Below are positions 10,486 through 20,019 of a stretch of DNA of 64,000 bases, piece after piece (within the stretch, counting starts at the first letter, position 1; each line of letters opens with the position of its first letter). The translations under genes were made by a program, and so were the position numbers. This DNA is from Nitrososphaeria archaeon (GTDB taxonomy: Archaea; Thermoproteota; Nitrososphaeria; Nitrososphaerales; JAAOZN01): assembly GCA_029775855.1 (NCBI GenBank), contig JARVJZ010000001.1, positions 64,001-128,000 of the forward strand, given 5' to 3'. The notes beneath the pieces are model-generated. The model made no database searches and was not told the DNA's origin. It saw only the letters and a list, made by a program, of their open reading frames with translations.

Positions 10486-11367
10486 TTAAGAAACAACTTT
10501 GTCAAGCATCATCGCAATAAATAAGAGCGCAAGATATGGGCTTGACAGTTTGAAACCAATCCAAGCTCGCTTCTTAGTAGGCTTAACCACGAGCCAGAAG
10601 TTCAGCGCTAATACAACAGCACCTAAAATTGCTGTTGGAATCAAGTAGATCAATCCAAATGCTCCAACATAGTATATGCCGATGCTGAAAGCTACCATTA
10701 ATATTGATGTCGAGGCAATACATCTAACAGCAACCTTATCATCTACCACAACTGGTAGCATAGGCACTCTAGCTTTAGCATAATCCTCTTTCGCATAGAG
10801 TGCAAGTGTCCAGATGTGCCCCGGTATCCATAGAACTACAAGTGCTGCCATAAGAAGAGAAGTTAAGTCAATCATATTCGTGACAGCAACGTACCCTATG
10901 ACTGCTGGTGCGCCTCCTGAGAATCCTCCTAGAATTATGCTTACAGGGTTCCTCCGCTTCAAGAACTTGCTGTAGACCAAGATGTTATCCACAAGCCCAA
11001 AGATCATTAGTAAGGCTGCTAGTATGTTGATGAATAAAGCTAAGACTACAGATAACACAGACAGCGTTAAACCGTAGTAGAGCGCTTTCTCAGCAGGGTA
11101 AATTCGGCGTGTAGGCAGAGGACGAAGTCTAGTTCGATTCATAACCGCATCTATATCCCTATCAATGTAACAAGTGATGGCATTGGCGCCAGCAGAGCCT
11201 AAAGACACAGCAACCACCGTAAGCACAAGCATATATGGATCTATGGCTCTACCGGCTGCTACCACATATCCGCCAAGCGCTGTAAACACAAGAAGATACC
11301 ATATACGTGGTTTGGTCACTTCAAAATATGCCTTGACGCCCTCAAGCCAACCCAAGCCCGTCACCAT
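10486..11367 (-). CDS. cyoE: Protoheme IX farnesyltransferase (heme o synthase)
   Basis: TKPRI, DRDIDAVMNRTRLRPLP, EDYAKARVPMLP; ATG at 11367 preferred because the track's start lies in the divergent promoter region. Confidence 0.95.
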   Translation of the reverse strand: MVTGLGWLEGVKAYFEVTKPRIWYLLVFTALGGYVVAAGRAIDPYMLVLTVVAVSLGSAGANAITCYIDRDIDAVMNRTRLRPLPTRRIYPAEKALYYGLTLSVLSVVLALFINILAALLMIFGLVDNILVYSKFLKRRNPVSIILGGFSGGAPAVIGYVAVTNMIDLTSLLMAALVVLWIPGHIWTLALYAKEDYAKARVPMLPVVVDDKVAVRCIASTSILMVAFSIGIYYVGAFGLIYLIPTAILGAVVLALNFWLVVKPTKKRAWIGFKLSSPYLALLFIAMMLDKVVS

Positions 11368-11420
11368 AAAGTTAAGTCTTAACATAACTATAAATATAGT
11401 TTGTTCAAGCATTATACCGT

Positions 11421-12671
11421 ATGCAGATAGAGTATACCGATCCAGACGAAGTCTTCAAAGAACTACTTAAAGCGCAGCAAGTTAAACCCCAAGTACTTAC
11501 TGTTAATATCTCTGACGCTTTCAATTTCGTTTTAGCCGAAGATGTAGCCTCTCCAATAGATGTGCCAGCTTTTAACAGTTCTCATCTAGATGGGTTTGCT
11601 GTTAGATCTATGGATACAGAAGGTGCGTCTCTACAGAACCCCATAATACTCAACATTAAAGGCTCAATAGATCTAGGTGAGCTACCTCCAGTAACCATCC
11701 AGAAAGGCGATAGCTACCAAGTTAGAACTGGGAGCTATCTGCCAGAAGGTTGTGATGCGGTTGTAGGAAAAGAGGATGTAAAGGTTGAGGGAGACAAAGT
11801 TTACGTTACGAAGCCTGTAAAACCAGGATCAGAGGTTGTTAGAAAAGGGTCAGATGTAGCCAAGGGTATGGTCGTGCTTCGAGCTGGTCATAAGATCAAG
11901 GCTCAAGATCTGGGTATGCTAAGACTTCTGCGTCTCGACAAAGTAAAGGTCTACGCTAAACCAGTAGTTGCTGTAGCATCAATAGGCAGTGAGCTTACAG
12001 AAAGCATAGAGGAGGCTGAAAAAGGTAAGACCTTGAATACACACGCCTACACTCTAACAGCCTTGATAAAGAGCGCTGGAGGCGAACCTCTCTACCTCGG
12101 TATAGTGCCTGATGACACCGCAGCGATAAAAGACATAATAGTTGAGGGTCTCTCCAAAAGCAGCTTAATGCTCACTATAGGTGGCTCATCTATCGGCGAA
12201 GCAGACCTCGTCTCAAAAACTCTTCAAACCTTTGCACCAACAATGCACAAACATGGTTTAAAACTTCACCCAGGCCGAGTTGCTGGATGCTGTGTGGTTA
12301 AAGGAAAAGCGATAATCATACTCCCAGGCTTAATTCAATCTACAATAAACGCCTTTGTCTACTTAGCTCTACCTCTTATACGCCACCTCTCTGGACTTGA
12401 CACCTCTAGATGCGAAGCCACGGTAAGAGCTAAGCTCGCTGAAGACTTAGTCTTCCACAGATTCCCAGACTTCAAGAAGATGACTTGGGTCTCCCTTAAA
12501 AAGGCTGAAGAAGGGCTACTCGCATACCCTATACGTGGAGACTCGCCAATGCTTAATGTGCTTGTAAGAGCTGACGGCTACATCTTAACCGAACCAAACA
12601 AAATGATTGTTGAAAAAGGCACAGCGGTAGATGTAGCTCTTGTGCCTGGATTATCCTCCTTACCTAAGTAG
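11421..12671 (+). CDS. moeA: Molybdopterin molybdenumtransferase
   Basis: SHLDGFAV, TGSYLPEGCDAV, GSEL, GGSSIGEAD, LPG. Confidence 0.92.
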   Translation: MQIEYTDPDEVFKELLKAQQVKPQVLTVNISDAFNFVLAEDVASPIDVPAFNSSHLDGFAVRSMDTEGASLQNPIILNIKGSIDLGELPPVTIQKGDSYQVRTGSYLPEGCDAVVGKEDVKVEGDKVYVTKPVKPGSEVVRKGSDVAKGMVVLRAGHKIKAQDLGMLRLLRLDKVKVYAKPVVAVASIGSELTESIEEAEKGKTLNTHAYTLTALIKSAGGEPLYLGIVPDDTAAIKDIIVEGLSKSSLMLTIGGSSIGEADLVSKTLQTFAPTMHKHGLKLHPGRVAGCCVVKGKAIIILPGLIQSTINAFVYLALPLIRHLSGLDTSRCEATVRAKLAEDLVFHRFPDFKKMTWVSLKKAEEGLLAYPIRGDSPMLNVLVRADGYILTEPNKMIVEKGTAVDVALVPGLSSLPK

Positions 12672-12704
12672 AAACCCTTTTTTATCACACCTCCTCTAAA
12701 AAAG

Positions 12705-13547
12705 ATGATAATAATGCAACCAGCCTATACAACAAGCGAGATCTACCATAAGGTAGCCGAGCTCTTAGAGGATGGAAAGAGATTCGTCCTAGCCTCAGTT
12801 ATTCGTGCAGCAGGCTCAACACCACGAGGCACAAGCGCTAAAATGATAATTCTAGAGGATGGCAGCAGCATAGGCACGATAGGAGGAGGATGCTTAGAAA
12901 CCTATGTGTTCCACGAATCTAAAAAGGTCTTCGAAGACGGCATACTAAGAATCATAGAGGCAGATCTTGGTGACGATAGCTGGTCTGGGCTGGGTATGGC
13001 ATGCGGGGGGAAGGTAGAGTTAGCTTTGGAGCTTGTAGAGCCTAACCCTAGGCTGATAATACTTGGTGCTGGTCATCTTGCAAAGGCGGTAGCCAAAGTA
13101 GGGCGATTTGTAGGTTTAAGGATAGTAGTTATAGACCCATTCGCAAAACCTGAGGATTTCCCTGAGGCAGAAGCTGTAATCTCAGAAGGATACAGAGAGG
13201 GCGTATCCAAGATACCAATCTACACTTACGATAGTGTAGTTATATGCACAAGGCATCAAGGTGATGAAGAAGCGCTAAAATCAGTTATAAACTCCAAAGC
13301 AAGATACATAGGAATGGTTGGAAGCTCAAACAGGGTTCAGCTGGTCTTTAAAGAACTTATCAAGCAAGGCTACCCAGAAGAAAAGCTTCTAAAGATCAAC
13401 GCGCCAATAGGCTTAGAAATCGGCGCTGAAACACCAGAAGAAATAGCTGTCAGCATAATAGCCGAAGTAATAATGAGCCGCCGAGGCGGCACTGGCGCAC
13501 CAAAGAAGATAAATAAAATCGAGCAAGCAGTAATAGAAAAAACCTAA
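12705..13547 (+). CDS. xdhC: XdhC/CoxF-family molybdoenzyme maturation factor
   Basis: GSTPR, GTIGGGCLE, GMACGG, GAGH, YIGMVGS, APIGLEIGAETPEEIAVSI. Confidence 0.93.
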   Translation: MIIMQPAYTTSEIYHKVAELLEDGKRFVLASVIRAAGSTPRGTSAKMIILEDGSSIGTIGGGCLETYVFHESKKVFEDGILRIIEADLGDDSWSGLGMACGGKVELALELVEPNPRLIILGAGHLAKAVAKVGRFVGLRIVVIDPFAKPEDFPEAEAVISEGYREGVSKIPIYTYDSVVICTRHQGDEEALKSVINSKARYIGMVGSSNRVQLVFKELIKQGYPEEKLLKINAPIGLEIGAETPEEIAVSIIAEVIMSRRGGTGAPKKINKIEQAVIEKT

Positions 13548-13568
13548 CCTTAATCCAGAGGCTTCGTT

Positions 13569-14150
13569 TTGATAAGCGTAGTGGTGCTAGCTGCTGGTCT
13601 GTCGACCAGATTTGGCGAGAACAAGATGCTATACCCCATCGAAGGGGAGCCTATGGTTAGAAGAGTTGTGAAGACCGCTCTCTCTTCGTCGATAGATGAA
13701 GTTGTTGTAGTAATAGGATTTGAAGCTGAGAAGGTAAAAGCAGCTCTCAAAGATTTAAACTGCAAATTAGTAGAGAATCCAGAATATGCCACTGGAGGCC
13801 AAAGTTCCTCTGTGAAATGTGGTGTAAAGGTAGTAAGAAAAGATGCTGACGCAGTTATGATACTTCCAGCTGATGTTGCCTTTATAGACCGCGAAGTAAT
13901 CGATATGGTCGTTGAGAAGTATAAAAGAGAGAAGCCGAAGATAGTTATCGCATCATACAAAGGTAAGGCGGGGCACCCGATACTATTCGACAGAAGCCTC
14001 TTGCCAGAAATTCTAATGATAGATGAAGCAGGTTATGGGTTGAAGGCTGTTGTAAAGAGGCATCAGGACGAAGTGGTTCAGGTTGAAACAAGCACACCAA
14101 ATGTGCTGCTTGATATAGATAGAAAGAGCGATTTAGGCAGAAGAGCTTAA
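13569..14150 (+). CDS. mocA: Molybdenum cofactor cytidylyltransferase-like nucleotidyltransferase
   Basis: LAAGLSTRFGENK, GHPILF, DID; adjacent to xdhC. Confidence 0.85.
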   Translation: MISVVVLAAGLSTRFGENKMLYPIEGEPMVRRVVKTALSSSIDEVVVVIGFEAEKVKAALKDLNCKLVENPEYATGGQSSSVKCGVKVVRKDADAVMILPADVAFIDREVIDMVVEKYKREKPKIVIASYKGKAGHPILFDRSLLPEILMIDEAGYGLKAVVKRHQDEVVQVETSTPNVLLDIDRKSDLGRRA

Positions 14151-15037
14151 ACCAGAGCCCTACCGCACTTAGGGCAGAACGCGCTCTCAGAGCGCAACTC
14201 CGCTCCACAATATCTGCATTTTACTGCTTTAACAAGCGCGCTCTTTGTTTCTACTGCCGTTTTCTCCGGAAGACGCTGCTTCTCATACTTCTTAGCCACA
14301 AGTATACCTGCTTCGAGAAGTATGACGATAGGTAGGAAGAGCGCAACATCAGCTATAGGGCCACCATCTGGTGTAATAAGTGCGGTCAACACGAAAGCCC
14401 CAGCATAAACATACTTCCTGTTCTTAGTGAGAATCTCTGTGCCAACTATATTGAATTTAACGAGCAGCACAAAGATTACTGGAAAGGTGAATACTAGTCC
14501 ACACAGTATTACAAGAATGAACACAAGAGTATAGAAGTCCATCACGTAAACAATCGCTTCAACTTGAAGCGCTTCAAAGAAGGGTAGAAGTGCCCAAATC
14601 ATAAACGGTGAAAGGATCTTATATCCAAAAACCGCACCAACCACAAAAAGAGACATGAACGCAAACACAAACGGATAAACCATTCTTCTCTCCTCAGGGT
14701 AAAGAGCTGGGTCAACAAACCTATAGATCTGGAAGAAGATGACTGGAAGACTTACGGCAACGCCTAAGGCAAATGATGCAAGCACATACAGTTCAAGAGG
14801 TGTCGTAATTTCACCAGCTATAAGCCGAACCGATGGAGGAAGGATATCCCCCCTTATGTATGTGAGCAGAACCGAAACCAGCGGCTTAAAAACAGGCGGG
14901 TTATGCAAAAAAGATAAATCAGCAGGCAACGCCATAAAAATAATTGTAGAAGCTACAAGAGTATATAGAATAACCTTCAACCTACTCGCAAGCTCAGCCA
15001 TATGCTCTTGAAATGTAAGTTCCTTATCCTTCGACAT
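14147..15037 (-). CDS. tatC: Twin-arginine translocase subunit TatC with C-terminal zinc ribbon
   Basis: EHMAELASRL, FVDPALYPEERR, ITPD; tail CRYC...CPKC. Confidence 0.92.
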   Translation of the reverse strand: MSKDKELTFQEHMAELASRLKVILYTLVASTIIFMALPADLSFLHNPPVFKPLVSVLLTYIRGDILPPSVRLIAGEITTPLELYVLASFALGVAVSLPVIFFQIYRFVDPALYPEERRMVYPFVFAFMSLFVVGAVFGYKILSPFMIWALLPFFEALQVEAIVYVMDFYTLVFILVILCGLVFTFPVIFVLLVKFNIVGTEILTKNRKYVYAGAFVLTALITPDGGPIADVALFLPIVILLEAGILVAKKYEKQRLPEKTAVETKSALVKAVKCRYCGAELRSESAFCPKCGRALV

Positions 15038-15155
15038 ACTGCCACCTAATGGTCTACTTTCTACACCGCCCCTCTAGAGCATAAAAGCACTCTTTAATCG
15101 TTTACCTTATCATCTAACGCAAATAACTTGAAACTCAATTAATCAAGCAGTAAAC

Positions 15156-15521
15156 CTACGTTGGTTGACCGCTCTCTGTCTTAGTCTGCGGCTGCGTGGT
15201 TGGAGGTTGGGTAGTACGTGCCCGCTCTAATATTTCTTTAGATATCTGCTCCCTCGTCTTACCCGCAGTCTCTATCCCTAAGTTCTTGGCTGTTTGAATA
15301 AGGTAGTCGTCACTTGCCATTTTAGGTTCAGAAGTTGAAGCAGGTTCAGGCTCTGGTGTGGGGTTAGTAAACTCCTTCTGCGCCTTTTCAAACTCCTTTC
15401 TAGCCTGCCCCAAAGCTCTAGCAAGCTTCGGAATCTTATCCGGCCCCCAAATCATTATCACCGCTAGGATGGCGAGAATAACTATCCACTCCCAGCCAAC
15501 TATCGCCACACTATCCACCAC
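15156..15521 (-). CDS. tatA: Twin-arginine translocase TatA-family subunit
   Basis: GWEWIVIL...WGPDKIPKLARALGQARKEF. Confidence 0.92.
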   Translation of the reverse strand: MVDSVAIVGWEWIVILAILAVIMIWGPDKIPKLARALGQARKEFEKAQKEFTNPTPEPEPASTSEPKMASDDYLIQTAKNLGIETAGKTREQISKEILERARTTQPPTTQPQTKTESGQPT

Positions 15522-15742
15522 ACTATCTCCACCTAACGGTGGATATAAAGTATTCCCAGAAGTGATGTAAGCTATAAAACTGTCGACTCGTTTAAGAACT
15601 AGTTTAGAAAGGTCATATGCATATGTATTGTCTAACTGTACAAATAGCTCCCAAACACTTTTGAACTGACGAAAAGATTAAATGCGATTGAATCAGTGCT
15701 AACTTTACAAGTTGATGCACAATGTTATCAGAGCGTGGTATA

Positions 15743-15788
15743 AATTCTTTAATGATGTTCTGGCTACATTTAGCCATGTTAAAGAATT
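15743..15788. repeat. Nested inverted repeat upstream of the ion-transporter gene
   Basis: AATTCTTTAA (15743-15752) / TTAAAGAATT (15779-15788) enclosing TGGCTA / TAGCCA. Confidence 0.6.
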
Positions 15789-15837
15789 CTATCTTAATTG
15801 TCTCTTCAAGGTTCGCTAGAATGCCACATAGGAGGAG

Positions 15838-17226
15838 GTGAATTTGCGCCTACGGTTTGTAGCGTTAGCGGTGCTGATCTTTCTCATATTTTCTCTCAAC
15901 CTCGTGCTGGAACTCGACTTCAAGCAAACGATCTCACTTGTAGTCTTCATGGGCTTTATCTTTGGCACGCTCTTGTATTGGAGGTTTAGGCTGGCATTCG
16001 CTCTTACTGGTATTGTCATATTACTTGTTTTGGGTTTGATAGATGTGCCTACTTTGGTAGATTTCTCAGGTTTAGATATAATCCTCTTTCTTATGGGTAT
16101 GATGATAGTTATAGGTTTTCTTGAGGAAAGACGATTTTTTGAGTATTTAGTTGATAAGATAACAACTTTAGCTGGTACATCTGGGATTAGACTTGTAGTA
16201 GTCATGATGATCTTATCTGCTTTTTTTGCTGCGCTTGTAGACGAGGTTACTTCAATACTGTTCATGGCAGCATCCATGATACACTTGACTCTGCGTGTTA
16301 AAATGAATCCTGTGCCGTTTATAATTATGCTGGTCTTTGCTACAAACATCGGGAGTAGTGCTACGGTGGTAGGTAACCCTGTGGGTGTGCTAGTTGCTTT
16401 ACGTGGTGGATTGACTTTTGCGGACTTTCTGCGTTGGGCAACACCTATCTCAATCGGCGCTCTAGTAATTGCAATACCTCTATCAACTTTCTATTATAGA
16501 AAGGAAATAAAGATGCTTGATGAACGCCTAAAACTTTCTGTAGAGAGCAAAGTTAAAAGTTACGATAAGGCACATCCGCAATCTAAAGAGCTTTGGTTAT
16601 CCGCCTTACTATTTATCGGAACCATTACTGCCCTCATACTACATAATCAGATAGAGGTTGTCCTCCACTTAAAGAAGAACACAATGTTGGTGGGTACGGC
16701 TCTTGCTGCCGCAGCTATAGCGCTTTTTATAGACCGAGAAAGAGCAAGGCAGCTCGTTGAAAGGAGAGTTGATTGGTGGACTCTTGCCTTCTTCCTCCTA
16801 CTATTCGCCTCGGTAGGCACCCTTAACTATGTTGGTGTTGATAACAGGATAGCAAGTAAGATGATTGCCCTTCCTCTAGAAGAAACTAGTCTCCTAACAC
16901 TTTTTACAGCTCTAGCTAGTTTGATGAGCGCATTTATGGATAATGTGTTAGCGGTTGCAACACTACTTCCAATAGTAGATGAATTAGGTGGCCTTGGGAT
17001 AAACAGTCAACCATTCTACTGGGGCGCGTTATTTGCAGGCACATTCTTCGGAAACCTCACTTTAATAGGAAGCACAGCGAACATTGTGGCAATAGGAATC
17101 CTTGAAAGGAGGGAACTCGGACACATCACTTTAAAGGAGTGGATCAAACCGGGAGCGCTTGTTTCAGTGCCTACACTCGCGGTAGCTCTGCTCCTTATAA
17201 TTATTCAGATTCCACTTATGACATAG
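15838..17226 (+). CDS. ArsB/NhaD (ion transporter superfamily) permease
   Basis: DEVTSIL, NIGSSATVVGNP, SAFMDNV, GNLTLIGSTAN; GGAGG RBS. Confidence 0.9.
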   Translation: MNLRLRFVALAVLIFLIFSLNLVLELDFKQTISLVVFMGFIFGTLLYWRFRLAFALTGIVILLVLGLIDVPTLVDFSGLDIILFLMGMMIVIGFLEERRFFEYLVDKITTLAGTSGIRLVVVMMILSAFFAALVDEVTSILFMAASMIHLTLRVKMNPVPFIIMLVFATNIGSSATVVGNPVGVLVALRGGLTFADFLRWATPISIGALVIAIPLSTFYYRKEIKMLDERLKLSVESKVKSYDKAHPQSKELWLSALLFIGTITALILHNQIEVVLHLKKNTMLVGTALAAAAIALFIDRERARQLVERRVDWWTLAFFLLLFASVGTLNYVGVDNRIASKMIALPLEETSLLTLFTALASLMSAFMDNVLAVATLLPIVDELGGLGINSQPFYWGALFAGTFFGNLTLIGSTANIVAIGILERRELGHITLKEWIKPGALVSVPTLAVALLLIIIQIPLMT

Positions 17227-17234
17227 TTGCCTCT

Positions 17235-17672
17235 TTAGTCTGATGTAGGTTTGCTGCATATAAAGAGGTGTTTGTCATCCTTGCCCATCCACACCTCGTA
17301 ATGGTTCTCAAGCAGCAACTCAATAACTGAGCTCCATGGGAATTTGTATTTATCTGTGATTACTATTCGATATCCACCGTATTGGAGTGTTACTTCTGCT
17401 GTTTCACCTATATGCTCTTTGAGTTTGGTTTCGAGGTCGCGGTAAGGTGCTTGTATTTCAGAGATTTGTCGTTTTGCAGCTTCAAGCTCTTCTTTGTACC
17501 TCGCTAGGGTTGTCTCGAGTTGTGTAATCTTCTGTTTAAGGAGTTGTGTCTCTTTTCTTGACTCTGTTTCAGCTAACTTTGCCTCCAATTCTTTTATGCG
17601 TGCTTCGAGCTGCTGCACTTTAGTCTTATCCACAGAATCTTCGCTCAACTGGTTCATTCTACATTTGGGCAT
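17235..17672 (-). CDS. Hypothetical coiled-coil protein
   Basis: Long heptad, E/K/L-rich N-half followed by a small globular C-domain. Confidence 0.65.
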   Translation of the reverse strand: MPKCRMNQLSEDSVDKTKVQQLEARIKELEAKLAETESRKETQLLKQKITQLETTLARYKEELEAAKRQISEIQAPYRDLETKLKEHIGETAEVTLQYGGYRIVITDKYKFPWSSVIELLLENHYEVWMGKDDKHLFICSKPTSD

Positions 17673-17890
17673 CTCCTTTATATTCTTTATCGAGGAGTAA
17701 AGAGGTATGCATAGATGATAAAATAAGTTTATCCTGTTGATTAGGTAATATGAATTATAGCTCGTTTTGGCCTAATTTTCCTATTTTATTGGATAGTCAA
17801 CTAAGAAATGATCTTCGAAGTATTATATCATATAGATTTGGGGAAGTTTGGTTAGGTAACTCTGAGATTTTACTACATGTTTTCTGTCTG

Positions 17891-18055
17891 CTAACCTTTT
17901 AGTTCTTTTAGATGTGTTTCTACGGCGGCTATCTCTTTCTTTAATTCATCTAAATATTCTTCAAGTTCTTTTATATGCTCCTCTTTTGTTAAGAAGCGTC
18001 TGAACCTTCGATGGTGGTGACCATGTTCACATCCACAACTACAGCAACAACACAT
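17891..18055 (-). CDS. Small Cys/His-rich putative metal-binding protein (54 aa, not in ORF track)
   Basis: Translated by hand: MCCCCSCGCEHGHHHRRFRRFLTKEEHIKELEEYLDELKKEIAAVETHLKELKG*; GGTGAG RBS upstream. Confidence 0.8.
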   Translation of the reverse strand: MCCCCSCGCEHGHHHRRFRRFLTKEEHIKELEEYLDELKKEIAAVETHLKELKG

Positions 18056-18180
18056 TTCTACTAACTCACCTCTAGAATCGTATATACATTGAGAAATATT
18101 TAAACAGTATTGCCCTTATCAATTTTGCTCTTGAATAAATAAACTTAAATATGTTGTTAGCGTCAAAAAGGTTGAGAGAT

Positions 18181-19248
18181 ATGGCTGGGCTTCCGTGGTT
18201 GACAAGGTTCCTTACGCTTTGGATATTCTTGGCGATGATAATCGGTATAGGTCTTGGCTATGTTTTCCCTCACATTTCAGACGCTATTGGATCATTTAGC
18301 ATAGGAACAACTTCTATCCCTATAGCAATAGGTTTGATTTGGATGATGTATCCACCTTTAGCCAAGGTTAGGTATGAGGATCTAAGAAAGATAGTTACAG
18401 CTAGGGGCTCTAAGAGTATGCTGACACTTTCGCTGATTCAGAACTGGCTTGTAGGCCCTCTTTTGATGTTTATCCTAGCTTGGGTCTTTCTCGCTGATTA
18501 CCCAGCTTTTAGAAATGGAGTAATTATTGTGGGGTTGGCTAGGTGCATAGCGATGGTTATTGTGTGGAACAGTCTTGCAGATGGAGATAATGAGTGGGCG
18601 GCTATCCTTGTAGCACTAAATTCTGTATTTCAGATAGCGATGTATTCCGTCCTAGCCTACTTCTACATAACTCTGGTTTCTTCATGGATCTCAGGCGAAG
18701 GATATGTTGTTGAAATATCTTTGATAGAAGTGGCTCAGTCAGTTGCTGTTTACTTAGGTATCCCATTCTTCGGAGGAATAGCAACTCGATTTTATCTTCT
18801 GAAAAAGAAGGGTAGAGAATGGTATGATAATGTGTTTATGCCGAGGCTCAGCCCTACCTCCCTCTTTGCTCTCCTCTTTACCATCATCATTATGTTCTCA
18901 CTTAAAGGCGAGTATATTGTTGCGCTACCATTTGATGTAGCTATAGTTGCTACACCTCTTCTTGCATACTTCACGCTAATGTTCTTCATATCCTTCGCTT
19001 TAGGGTACTTTTCTAAGCTTGATTATAGACGAACTACTTCGCTCGCCTTCACAGCGGCAAGTAATAATTTTGAATTGGCTATTGCTGTTGCAGTTTCAGT
19101 CTTCGGCTTAGCCTCACAGGAAGCGTTTGCTACTGTGATAGGTCCTCTTATTGAGGTTCCTGTTATGATAAGTCTTGTGAATGTGGCTATCTGGCTTAGG
19201 AAAAAGATCTATCTATCTAAGGAGGCTGCTTCAATAAGGGTTGTTTGA
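18181..19248 (+). CDS. acr3: Acr3-family arsenite efflux transporter
   Basis: MMYPPLAKV, NWLVGP, GLARCIAMV, ASNNFELAIA, GPLIEVP; the ORF could alternatively start at 18151. Confidence 0.95.
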   Translation: MAGLPWLTRFLTLWIFLAMIIGIGLGYVFPHISDAIGSFSIGTTSIPIAIGLIWMMYPPLAKVRYEDLRKIVTARGSKSMLTLSLIQNWLVGPLLMFILAWVFLADYPAFRNGVIIVGLARCIAMVIVWNSLADGDNEWAAILVALNSVFQIAMYSVLAYFYITLVSSWISGEGYVVEISLIEVAQSVAVYLGIPFFGGIATRFYLLKKKGREWYDNVFMPRLSPTSLFALLFTIIIMFSLKGEYIVALPFDVAIVATPLLAYFTLMFFISFALGYFSKLDYRRTTSLAFTAASNNFELAIAVAVSVFGLASQEAFATVIGPLIEVPVMISLVNVAIWLRKKIYLSKEAASIRVV

Positions 19249-19263
19249 GCTTAATCTTTATAG

Positions 19264-20019
19264 TTAAAGTTCTCCTATCTTCGGAAACTTTTTGGTTGCT
19301 ACACCCGCCTCTATGACATACGGTTCGGCTTCGCTTAGATCTAATGTGTGAAGGATTGGTGAGAGCATCTTATCCGCTGGCACTTCGTTGAAGTCTGAGC
19401 CGTAGGCTAAGGGTGATACTGAGGGTAATATGATGTATCTGCTGCTTTCGGTCTTAAGGTGTATTAGTGCTTTGAATCTATGCTTTACGCCCACATCATC
19501 TTTAAGTGTTATGGCTGGGTGCTCGTGTCCTAAGATCACCTCTTTAAGCAGTCTATATTCTATCATCTTATGGCCGTGTGTTAATGTTATGCTACCTACT
19601 TTGAGGTGTGTGTTGTGTAGTGGTATCTTCAGATCCTTTAAAACTTTGATTATGTAGTTGTCGTGGTTTCCTCTTACGACTTCTACGGTTAGGTTGTTTT
19701 CTCTTATTTTAGTTATGAGTTTCTTTACGCCGAACCATTCGGGTTCTGTTACTGGTCCGAATTCGTGCTTTATGTCGCCAAGTAGTATTATGCCTCTGCA
19801 CCCTAGATCTTTGGCGGGTTTAATTATGTGCTTAATTATTATAGGTAGGATTGATGTGGGTATGTGTATTCCTTTTGCTTCCGCTTCATCCTCAAGTCCT
19901 ATATGTAGGTCTGCTGCTACAAGTAAGCCTTCTTTCTCTAAGAGGATTGCTGGGTAAGGTGATGCTATTGAAATTCTGCGAGTGATCTTTATTGTCTCAG
20001 CGACGGGCTCTACCTTCAA
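19264..20019 (-). CDS. Calcineurin-like metallophosphoesterase (Lhr-associated type)
   Basis: ADLHIG, GDIKH, GNHD, HGH, GHEHP. Confidence 0.9.
   Translation of the reverse strand: MKVEPVAETIKITRRISIASPYPAILLEKEGLLVAADLHIGLEDEAEAKGIHIPTSILPIIIKHIIKPAKDLGCRGIILLGDIKHEFGPVTEPEWFGVKKLITKIRENNLTVEVVRGNHDNYIIKVLKDLKIPLHNTHLKVGSITLTHGHKMIEYRLLKEVILGHEHPAITLKDDVGVKHRFKALIHLKTESSRYIILPSVSPLAYGSDFNEVPADKMLSPILHTLDLSEAEPYVIEAGVATKKFPKIGEL

Noticed and set aside
15495-15532. Short tandem GATAGTGTGG-like repeat (minus strand) at the tatA start
   Set aside because: Only 2-3 degenerate copies with no spacers; not CRISPR-like. It mainly makes the start codon ambiguous.
15560-15837. Fluoride riboswitch or C/D-box sRNA upstream of the ion transporter
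   Set aside because: Neither the crcB-motif consensus nor properly spaced RUGAUGA/CUGA boxes could be matched.
15816-16349. 177-aa minus-strand ORF, and similar long antisense ORFs (13550-13960, 31445-32131, 34220-34888, 49609-50148, 50740-51414, 59203-59664)
   Set aside because: They are shadow frames opposite well-supported genes and carry no recognisable motifs.
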